Source of the DNA: Eimeria praecox
Lineage: Eukaryota
Direction of reading: 5' to 3'
Length of the DNA: 64,000 bases
NCBI GenBank assembly: GCA_963920595.1
Contig: OY986947.1
Coordinates: forward strand, 2,852,001 to 2,916,000
This document shows, piece by piece, positions 40,050 through 62,171 of this stretch. The notes beneath the pieces were generated by a model, which was not told the origin of the DNA, searched no databases, and worked only from the letters and a program-made list of their open reading frames with translations. The first letter of the stretch is position 1. The number at the start of each line of letters is the position of its first letter. The position numbers and the translations under genes were made by a program.

Positions 40050-42324
40050 TTTGAGGTGTAAGCTTGTTGCTTTCCAAATAGCGCAAGAAGATGAGGTTGC
40101 TCGCAGTCCCAGTTACAGATCAACGCATGTCTTGTGTGAACGGTGACAATGTCCAGTAGTGCAGGGATCTTGGCAAGCCGAAATAAAGACAAGTTGGAAA
40201 AGCTGAATTAGGACACTTATTGTTGTGATATAATACCGCTACCTTGCAAACATAACAGAATTAACGAAGTCAAGGCGGGTGGCAACGCGAGCCGGTCCAG
40301 CCCTGCACGAGAGCTGGCCGGAAACGGGAGTACAAGAAAACAAAGGAGCTTATAATGGCAAATAACTGAAACTTGTTCAACTAATGATCTTTATCCCTGG
40401 GAAAAGGACTTGACTTTGGTTCAAGTGGTAGCAGAGCGTACGATGGTAGCAGCAGAATCTGCCAGACACGTATGGTGAGTGTGTCGAGTTCGGAGGTGTT
40501 GCGCTGTGTGCGCTAAGTAACGATGGAAATCTCAAGTTCATTGCGAACCCTACAGCATGTTCTTAACCATTAATTTATGAGCAATGGAGTCATTTGTAAA
40601 TCAGCTTGATGTGAGCTGCGGTCCGGCGATGCCAGTCGCAAGGACGCAGACGGTTAATTGGCATACTACAGAAATCGCAGGAACTACTCATTAATGGTCT
40701 GTGAGGCTGCCCTATTTCGCCGATAACACTCCGCTAACCTCAAATGAGGGTACAAACTCTACAAGGTGCTTTGGGCAGTGGATTGCCATGCCACTCGGCC
40801 TGCACAAGGGCAACGAAGTGAAGATCACTCCTCTAACAGTGCATATAGTTGGTATGTTCAGTCTAATATTGAGTTGCAACTGCATGCATCTAAAAGCTAG
40901 CAGAAAAACTGTCGAAGATTCTTTGCCACATCCACCCACTACTCACTATGGAGGCACCGGACGAGCGGCCGGTTGTGACGGCTGACGCGTGTGTAGCTTG
41001 CGAGTAATAGAGTCCAGCTGGCAAGGCATTTGTTCACTCTTTGGTGTGGAAGCTATAGGCACATACTTTAACGGCGCTTTCATGCTGCCAATCGGCAGCT
41101 TTGCCCTTGGAGAAAGAGCCTGCAACGACAATTCCTCTTCTTATACCATGTAGGTATTTAAGCCGAATTTTGCACTGTTGAGTTGCGTCATCTTGTTAGA
41201 GCTGCGGCAGCAAAAGCTTACCTTCTGGATGCACCCTATAACCACAAGAAAAGCGATATTCCAAAGGAAGGAAGGAACAAGCTAAAGGATGGCCCCAAAC
41301 CCGAGAAAGTAAGGGCCTCCCCGCAGTCAACGATATCGCTAGGGTGCTTTATTCTAAGCAGATGCATCATGAAGAAATGCAGGCTCCATCCTATCGCTTT
41401 CGCACAACATAAGCTGCGAGACATATGCAGAGGCTCTAGCAAAATTTCCGACACTATTGCAGCTGTCCTTCAGAGGAACTGTTATCCACAGTAAAATTCA
41501 GGCCGCCAATACAAAGTTACATAAGGGCATTTAGTAGTGGCGGCACACGCTGGGCTACCATAAGTTGCAATGCGCTTTGGTGCAACTAGTGCTCCAAGGC
41601 AATACCACGTGTACGGACAACCAATCGCACTGTACAATCTAGCGTATACGCCCGCTAAAAATTGGCTTGACTCTCTGTAGTCATCCTGCGGGCAAGGACC
41701 AGCATCACGCTGATAATGCTGTATCTGCCCCTCCTCTGCCCCAAATGGCAGACGTCCTCATGCATCTGATTGTCCAAAAGACAGAAAAGGAAGAAACGTA
41801 AGGGGGAAAATGCTGACGACCGGCATTTGGGAACACTCTTGTACTGTGGTTCTGCTGCCGCTGCTGACCGGCAGCTCGCAACCGCAGGCTCGCTCGCCGG
41901 CCTGGCCGGTCAGGTCAGCGGCATTTCTTGTCGTTTACTTGACACCGAGGCCGCTTTTGGTGCTAGCATGGCAACTAAGAGAAAAATCTATGGGTTTCAA
42001 TTGAAGAAGAACAGCACCCAGGAGAGCATGACTGGGCTGAATCAGCGAAACGGGGGGGGACCAGCCCCCAAACTACAAAAAAAAAGCATGTATTGTTGGT
42101 GGCGATACTCTGGTACCCATAATTAGTGTGGGGATTGTATATCCAGAGGAGCAAAGGAATCCACGCATATAGGCACCTATGAGCATATTTTTACGCTTAA
42201 CTGTGCAGCATCCATATAAAGGTTGGAGCAAGACCTGCAACCAAACTGCTCTGCACGTACAGACGTTCGCAGTCGCTTTTCCTGAATGGACGGGGGCCAT
42301 TACATGCTCTTGGGGAATCGCTTC

Positions 42325-45300
42325 ACTCTAGTGATCCTCCGAAATCCACTCGATTTTCGGTCTCCTGACTAATTAACATAATATCGTCGTTTGCTCTGAA
42401 CTATGCGAGCCGTTACAAGCATGCCTAGGATCTCTCTCCCTTCCGGTTGTTTCTTCTCGCCCTAGCATGGCTGTCGTTTGGTGTTGAGATCCCGAGAACA
42501 GCTTCGATGGTTTTCTTCTGAGGAAATCAACACTAATAGTATGGCGCGATCTCCAAGTTGGTAACCCTACGGTGTAACCCAACACATTAATCCAAGAATG
42601 AACAGAGAAAGGCCCTACCTACCGAGTGGAGGAAACCTTCGGCTCGTCGTCCTCCAGTGCATTTCGAACAGCGCGCGAATCCACTAGAACCAAGCAATTT
42701 GGGCTGAAAGGTACTGTTGAATGCCAGTTACCATAGTTTATGACTTGCCGTTCTTATGCTGCCTTCATGCATTTACGCTCTACGGAAAGCTCTGTGTAGT
42801 TTTCAGCTGCCGCACGCCTACGGCGCTGGCTTCCGAGGGTCATTTCAGGGGTTCTATTGGGCAATGACGCTTTAATGTAAAGCAGGGAAAGGGACGCATA
42901 GTACACTAATGTATTACAAATCCATTACGCAGTAAGAGGGAAATCCGGCAACTCTGTTGCAATGCTGGGTATAATGCTGCCAGTTGCCCGCACGAGTGAG
43001 GTTGGTGCATTCAGTTTGGCTGTCTGCATTCCACATGACTCGTGGAAGTAATCATTTTGTCGATATTAATCTGCTTCATGAACTCACGCCCAAAAGAGCC
43101 AATGAACTTCCGCTTTTGTCTGTTGAGATGCCTTGTGGAGAAACATGGAGCTTCCACAGGTGACATTTGGGTTATTTCTTCTGGAACTGAACTTGAACAG
43201 AGAACGAAGTAAGCGTATTTGCTAAGTCTGACCACAACATCGGCGACGATGGTATTGGACCCCCTAACCGCTGGTAAACCCTCGTCGAGAGGTGCCTCGA
43301 GATCATTTTGGTTGGTGGATGACTCTGCAAGAGTCCAGAGTTTAGAGTGTTCCAGTGCTCTGACACTTCAAAGGAGCACACGATAGGGCATCCAGATGCC
43401 TTGTGATAACCAAAGCATTTCTACGAGAGATAATTAATATTACTGTAGATGAAAAATTGAGAATGTAGACCTAAAAGCGCTCGGCAGCCTAGGCAAGGCT
43501 CGGGCTGGTTGTGAAGCTGACGCCGCAGCTCTGGCAGCGAGGCTCTGCGGAGCGACGCTCGGAGTTCTATGATCCTTGGGTTTTTTCCTAACAAGACTGA
43601 GTGGAATATGCTTTGTAAATGATTATCGGGGAAATTGGAACGCTTGGGGTTTATTCATAGGGATCAGCTTATGGATGTAGTGTGTGCAACTGTTTAGCTA
43701 AACTGGGGAGGCATACGTAGTAACAGCGTATGACGCCTGTTCACTACACTCCTGCTGCCGGCATTCCGGGCAAATGAAGATGTACTCCTCAGGTGACAGG
43801 CACATCCCAGGCTGCAAAACGTATCTAGCAACCCGCTCAACCGTTGTATTGGTATCCGCATAATCCGGTTAAACATGATCGTGCATTTCGCGCAAAACTT
43901 CGGTGCGAACTGAAGCTGAGATATAATCGGCGGAGTCTACGCTTCATTTGGTGCCACAAGCGATCGCTTTCGTTCCTCTAGTGTTTACCTCGTCGCCCGA
44001 AGACTGCAGCCGCATGAGTATGGCGTAAGAACGAAATTTACGGAGGAAATAGTAATCATCGCATATACGGAGAGTTGCCGAACAGAGTGCCTGCCCCCTG
44101 GGGGCACGGCGTCACTCGCCACGTTCGCAGTACGCTTGATATGCTTGATTATGAAGTTGAACTACGTAAGCTGCCCAAGCCACCTAACAACTTTTTCATC
44201 ATCTCAGTCTTAAAAGCTCTTAGTCAGAAGTTTCAAGGGTTGATGTCCTGTTTCAGCGTTGAAGTACCTGTCATGCACGTAATGTTGGCACTGTGTTTGC
44301 TCCCTACCCTGACCGCCTTAGCCTTCTAACGTACCGGATACTTCTGCTCCCTATCCCTGCAGCGGCGCGAGTACTAGCCTTCTATCCAGTGATCTTGGGG
44401 GTCAGTGGCCTGTTAGTGGCCTGCTGAGAGAGCAGCGAACCAGCTGCTGTGCCAATGGCGTCGGCAGTTAGAAAAAATGCTTGCTGAAATCAGGGAACAC
44501 GAGCACTGGAGGCGATATCAGGTGCCCGATGAGGATCCCTAAGAGTGTCTTATCCCTCCAACCAATTTACCTGTTCACCTTTCATTAGGAGATCCGTTAG
44601 AGAGGCAGTGATACGAATTACTCGAGGAATGAACTTGCGATAGTATGATGCGAGACGGAGGAATTTCAGAAGGTCCGCGCAAGTGCCCAGTGCTACCGGG
44701 CACGCACGATTCACCTCTATATTGACCGAATCCTGTTCGGCTGCTGCGGCATAGGCACGAAGCCCTAACAAATTAATAGTCTTCGTGCAAAACAAGTTGT
44801 ACCCTCGTAGAAGCTGCAGAGCACGCCGCAACTTCTGCAAATCCACCTGCACTTTGCTGCTGAGCACATACACATCACCTATGTATATTTGCGTCTATCC
44901 CTCATTAATTGGCCCCGAAAATTGGTAAATGGCCTGTCGTTGCAGTCCCGCAGGTGCCTTGACGAGCCCAAATGGCATAGAGGTATGCTCTAGCTTGAGT
45001 TTGCGAACGGGTACGGGATAATCAGTCTTATGCCTGGCGGCGAGGTGCATTAGGATCAGCAACAAGACGCCAGCGAAGTCCAATGACAAATAGACTGCTG
45101 AATTTTGCAAGCGATTACGTATTTCTGCGCTTCTGCGTTATGACGGATTAAGGCCCTCATGTATGAATTTGCTAAGTACTTCCAAACACACCACTCACAA
45201 AACGTTCGAGTATCCAAAAGCTGTCAAGTAGTCCTCCACGCCGAAAAAGACAGATAGCACCCGGTCTTCCCAGCTAACAGAGCGTTCCCCATAGAGAAAC

Positions 45301-46350
45301 TTCGGGTGCAGCTGGCCTTAGCACGGGTAACCCCTTTCCGTGTCACCGTGGTTTTGTTCATGAGCTTAACGTCGACGCACAGGCTACCTTCCGTCCTTAT
45401 TCTTCGCCAACACCAGTGTGTCCAAATATGCTAGTCGACGGGTGAGCATTGCCCTCTTGTTAGCCATTCTTCGGCTTGCCGCTCTAATTTTCTTCAAGAT
45501 GTGAGGGCTGCCGGGCACTCAGTACAAACGTGGGAGATCATCCGAGAATGAGCTCAATGCGGTAAGTTGGGCGTCGAGGGGGTGGTGACCCGCTGCAAGC
45601 TCCTTGCAGTTTACATCTGAGAACTCTTCCGTCAATGTTGCCGCTTTTGCTCTTCCTCGAGCGTTAACTGGAACGAGTTGCCCGGAAATGCGGTCCTCGT
45701 GGAACCATCAGGCCGAAGCGTATGCATTTTCCTGTCTTTTCCTGCAATGCATCTGCGCTGCGTGAGAGCCTCCTCGCTCCTTTCTGCTTGGGACACTGAT
45801 TCCACTCGTCTTGCCGCGGAGGACGCAAATGCAACTGGAAGCGCATAGACCTGCACCCTCTCAACGCTCGCTTGTGCTTTAACCCCAGAAGCATTGTTTG
45901 AGGGCCGCCTGCGCGCCCCAAAATGAGTCACCCAAGGAGTGTGTAGGATTACATTGTTGGGAATTGATGAATAAAACCCCAGTACCATAGTAATACGAAC
46001 CATTTCTGAGTTGAGATCGCATTTAATATCCCATAGTTTCACCGTTTCTCGTGCCCTGCATGCCATCCGGGAAGCGTAATCGAACAAGCTGCACCAATGC
46101 ATGGGCAAGCAGCTGCACTTCATTGACGTAGCTTCAGATGCCAGATGCGCTGCATATCTTGCGCCAAGGAACACTAGCAACCCCCGCGCTCGCTCTAATA
46201 CCAAGTTAGAAAATCAGTCAGATGACGCGAGGAGAATCTGCAGATGCGGCCTTCCCCTTTTTTTCGTCCTTATAACTGCGCCGCACGGCCCGTCGAGGCC
46301 ATGGTGCTTCCCTCATCGTTTTGTTTGCTCCCTTGGCGAGTCCCGTAAAG
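42325..46350 (-). mobile_element. Degenerate Ty3/gypsy (chromovirus-type) LTR retrotransposon pol region: protease, RT, RNase H, integrase, GPF motif, chromodomain remnant
   Basis: Collinear motifs with stops and frameshifts: VILHTPW (protease), PPRRPTYRIEL, KNKDG..LCVD, MPFGLVKAPAGLQR, YIGD (for YxDD), FLRLASYYRKFIP, PPVLVFPDFSKHF..DA, VRWLGQL..NVASDA, VLREMHD...CPECRQ, SGLLQ, VRLSKYAYF, VGPF..GYTVGLPTW, EILG..RY..EWISED. LTRs were not identifiable. Confidence 0.88.
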
Positions 46351-49300
46351 ATCTGTTTCTCTAGTTCCTTAACTCCCTCCACGCAATGCTTCCTCCGGGC
46401 TTTGTGCGTGCAGAATTCGCTGGCTGCTGCTGCTTGTCGGTTTTTGTCCTTTTCTAGGCTGGGCTGACTTTCGCATCCCCAATATTCATCGGCTCTATAT
46501 CTGGATCATACCCAAACCAGCTCTCTCCCTTCGAATAACGAGAACCGTGAGGCGCAAGTAGAGATGCGAGTACCTACGTCAAGCAGACCATGCAAAATTA
46601 AGCGCAAGAGCTCGTGCAAGAACACTGAAAGGTGCGAGACCGACCACACCCACATATGCGTGGAATTATTCGTTACAAATCCATATATAATGTGAAGTCT
46701 TCTGACTGCGAGCAACTGATCCTGGCAAGGCGCGCACTACAGAGGTGAAGCGCACAGCAAATCAGCAGTGGATGGTGAGCAACGACCGTCAAAGTCATTA
46801 CTCAGTTCCACTATTCACGTAGGACCGATAGATTGTGAGTGGTGCTTCGGAGTTGGACGCACTCGAAATTCCAAGCTATATAACACTGTAACTAGCCTTC
46901 GAGCATATAGGTTTTACTCCACAGTTGCACAAGTCTTGGGCCGCCGCAGCTGTGCAAACAGCCATTTTCCCCAAGCGCTTTTTGTTTGAAAGTACAAATA
47001 AACATGGCCAATTGTGCCTGAAACTAGAGGGGGCATGTGGGATTCTCCCCGTAGAAAGGCACCCTGAGATATGTTCTAAAGAAAGCACAGCGAACAACGT
47101 ACTGCGCATGTTGGCAGTAGTCCTCAGCTTACACCTTGCGGTTTCATGCTAATACCAAAGAAATGCAAAAGAAAGCAACGAACGTCATTGCTGACAGCGT
47201 CATTCTACGCGCCGCAGGAGTGACACACCAGTTCAAAACGCGCGTGCATCATGAACCGGCACGCTTTTGCCACTCTTGTTTGTATTAATTGATACCACCA
47301 TCTGCGCCTTGCAGACTTCCAAAGTGAGAGCAACCTGGCAGCTCGCGAACTCATCGCCAAGGTAATTGCGTGCAGGTTGCAGTTAGCCTTCTTTGAAGGC
47401 TTCCTTCAAAAGCGCACAATGTGCGTGGTGAGCGAGCCATACATGAAACAAGGGAACAGTTGCATTAACGTTTCTGTGGCGAGCTATGAGCAAATTCAAG
47501 TCCCGCTTAGCTGGACTTGGAACCCGCTGAGGGTGACCTCTATCCTGGCGGCAGCAAACCAAAGGCAGAGAATAGCAGAGAAAGCTCCTTTCATCTTCTT
47601 CGGTGTTATGCAGCAGCCAGAAGAACATGAGACAGACAACAATGGAACGGTTTGAAACAGACTGTTTTCAGGGCAATGTTTAGAAGCTAATATCGCATAG
47701 CAGGCGAACGCAACGCATATTCTGTGGACCCAGTGCCCTTAGCCCAAGTAATCCAAATGATACAGATACTGGGATATAGCTGCCTGCTGCCTCGCGCATC
47801 TGCACCTCGTCCTCTAAGGATATCAATACACGAGCATCTTGTGAAAGGCGATGCGTTACATAGTGGCGTCGCATTGCAAGCATCCACAATAGGTTGGCTG
47901 GCAGCAAGGGGAAGCTGCAGCCTTAGCACAGAGAGTGTAGGCAAGATTTCTTTACTAATGAGACGAAGTGCAGAACCTAGGGATATACATCATACCCAAA
48001 TGCCTATACTTCTAAACATTCGCAGAGAGAGTATTGCTTGGATCCGCTCATTTATAGAATTGACGGTTAGTTAGAAGCACTTCGTGAAGCGTTCTAACGT
48101 ATGAAGGGAAAGGAGCAGGAACAGCACAGGCTAGCTAACTCCCACAGCATAAAATTAAGCTGCTTCTGTTCTTTCAAGATGTATGCCCTTGATAATGCAT
48201 GAAATCCAATCTGTATTTGCAAGCATATGCTTTGGTTGCTTATCCCTAGGCAGAGGATAGAGAAAATATGAAGAAAGAATTATAGAAATCCACTGCTAGA
48301 CGCAAATAAAATCGCTGTCAGCCGCCACCTACTACTTGCTTTAAAGAAGCAATTCTTTAGATACATCTTTACTCTTTTCAACACGCTGACTACAAACAAA
48401 CACTTATTCAAGTTTGACAGGGCCCAATGGAGCACTTGCTTCATCCTGAGTTCTTCAAGAGTTGATTTAGATGTTTCTATGTGCTAGAGAACTTCGTTAT
48501 CTCAGGGCTGCAGCGCAAAGCTCTTTACTGCTGTGTGGCTTTTCAAGCCTCAGGCTAGACAGAGGAATTCGCTGCATATTTAACGCTAAATCAGCAAGCC
48601 GTTCTGCTGCAGACCAAGCAGCAGCAGTACTGCCCACAGAAGACCTTGTGCTGCTTGGACTTGCCTCTGCATTTACAGCAGACACAACAGAAGCAAATTC
48701 TGCTGCTCCTACAGGGCAGCTTGCAGCAGCAGCAACTTCTGCTGCGCTGTAGAGGAACAAGCAGCACAAGCTGCAGCTGCAGCAAAGCTATCGGCAGCAG
48801 GTAGAAACAACTACTGCAGCAGCACCTTGAAAAGAAGGTAAAGCAGAGGCACACGAAATGCCATTAGGAGAGCAACAGCAAGCGCTGTTCTTGCAGCAGT
48901 CGTATCACAGCGTGTGGGCTTGCGCAAACACAGCAACAGCCAGCAGCAGCAGCAGCAAGAGCAACAGCAGCAGGTAGGGCCACAGCAGCAGCCACTTTTG
49001 CACGGGAAATGTGCTGATGGGTTTTGCTGTTGTTGCTATTGTTGCTGTTGCTGCTGCTGCTGCTTTTGCTGTGTATATCCACCGCCAGTCTCTCTATTCT
49101 GTTTCTGGTGTATCTGCATCAGCTGCTCCGATAGCAGTAGCAGCTGCAGCAACAGCATCAGGAGCAGCAGCAGCAGTATAAGCAGCAGCAGCAGTATAAG
49201 CAGCAGTAGCAGCAGCGTCAGCATCTGTAACAGGAGAAGCTAATATACTTCAAATGCAAGAAAGAATGCTCATAGTCTGGCAAAGGAGAAGGATGCCCCC

Positions 49301-49536
49301 GAAGAGGAGGAGCTCCCTATACACCTGACGATAACGCGGTGTTTGTAAGCCCCCGAAGAAAACACAAAAAGATAAAACAGACAGACAAACAAATACAGAC
49401 AAAGCAAAGACAGAGAGAGACAGACAATGGCAGAGAGAGAGAGACTACGATAGAGGCAGGCAGGCAAAGACAGAGGGACAGCCAAAAGCAGAGAGACAGA
49501 GAGAGAGACAGACAAATACAGACAGAGACAGACAAT

Positions 49537-49580
<44 letters not shown>

Positions 49581-49940
49581 AAGACAGACTAAGGCTGAAG
49601 GAGACAGAGACAGACTGAGAGAGACGAAGATATAAAAATAAAGAGACAAACTAAGACAGAGACACACGGAGAAACACGAGAAAGGAGAAACACAAACTGA
49701 GAGAGTCAGAGACAAACAAAGACAGAGACAGGCAACAACACACACAGATAAACAAATGCAAACACACAAAGGAGACAGAAGCAGAAGAGAGAGACAGACA
49801 GACGCTAAGAACACGAAGAAGCCATCCTGTCTTTGTTTATGTCCCTCTCTTGATTCATAAAGAAACAGAAACAGACGCTCAAGAGAAGAGCGAAAGTCTC
49901 CAAACGTAAACCCTAAACCCTAAACCCTAAACCCTAAACC

Positions 49941-61012
<11,072 letters not shown>

Positions 61013-61461
61013 GCCGCCGGCAGCTGGCCTGTTCGACAGCTCACCGCGGCTAAGACAAAGCAACAAACTAATCTCAAATTTCTGTGCTTTCTAAGCACTT
61101 AAAAACCCCAGGATCGTTCAAGTAGAGGCGAAGCTGCAAGACAAATTTTGCCGCTGACTACTCTCAGAGGCGCCTAGTGCCGGGTTCCTGGCGTCCTCGC
61201 GCTGTGTGTACTCTACAGCTTCAATGATATCAGCAACAAAATTCGAATATTATACAGGAACAATTCAACAGATATCAAAACATGGAGCCTCGCTGCTGCG
61301 GCTGGGCTGCTGCTGCGGTCCCGGGCGCTCTCTCTGCTGAGGGGGAGTAGGCAAAAGGTAGCGATCACGAGCTTTTTTATCAAATCTGTTGCACGTACAG
61401 CCCGTCAATTTCAGTCAAATGTAAATCTCAATTTTCATAGCGAAATTCATACACAATCAGC

Positions 61462-61483
61462 CACTGCATGCAGTGTATACACT
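61462..61483. promoter_or_regulatory. Overlapping palindromes CACTGCATGCAGTG and AGTGTATACACT in the divergent intergenic region; candidate ApiAP2 sites
   Basis: The TGCATGCA core is a known apicomplexan ApiAP2-bound and Eimeria-enriched octamer. A TGAGACG heptamer (Toxoplasma promoter-type) lies at 61533-61539. Function here is inferred only. Confidence 0.45.
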
Positions 61484-62171
61484 CTGGGTCGTCTGCCGGT
61501 GCGGCGAGGGCCCCATCTGCAAGTGATCCGACTGAGACGGCGGAAGGATTTGTTCTTAAATACTAATATAATAAGAGCTAATAATATAAGTCACCTGAAA
61601 ATACAATCAAAGATATAATCCCTTCAAGACAAACCGCATTTAATTCGAGGTTTCCTACATTAATTCGCTGGTGCTGGTGGTCGGCCGCGCCTCGCGGTGG
61701 TCCGAGATTCTGCTACTGTCGGGCCGCAGCAGCGAAAGCTGAAACGGGAGAAGGAAGACTTGGCTTCTTGTGCTGAATATTCGGAATTAAGCAAATAAAA
61801 ACGCATTTGTGTTGTTTTAAGACTTGTCTGGCTTTCCATTTCTGGGAAGATTCCGTTGCTGAGGCCCTACATACAGAAGTTCGCCTCGGCGAGCCTCAGC
61901 CAACCACTATACCGCCGGCAGGAGTCTGCTGGTCTTCATCTTGTATTCTTTGTGCATTTTGAATTACTTCTGCTAATCAAAATAAACAACTTTGACATTT
62001 TTAAATCAATTTGATCGAGAGAGGTCGTGCAGCCACGGCGGACAGCAGCAATGACGCCTCGCGGCACAACCTGAATAAGAACCCGTCGTCGGCTGCTTGG
62101 CCTCAGATCCTGAAAGGCGAAGAAGAATTCTTTATTTTATAAATTACTTGAAGAGGTGTATTAATTTTCAA

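Noticed and set aside
40405..40500. tRNA-like A-box (GGTTCAAGTGGTAG)
   Set aside because: No cloverleaf or properly spaced T-arm.
48080..48093. TTCGTGAAGCGTTC matching the U6 snRNA 3' region
   Set aside because: An isolated 14-nt match with no ACAGAGA box or rest of U6.
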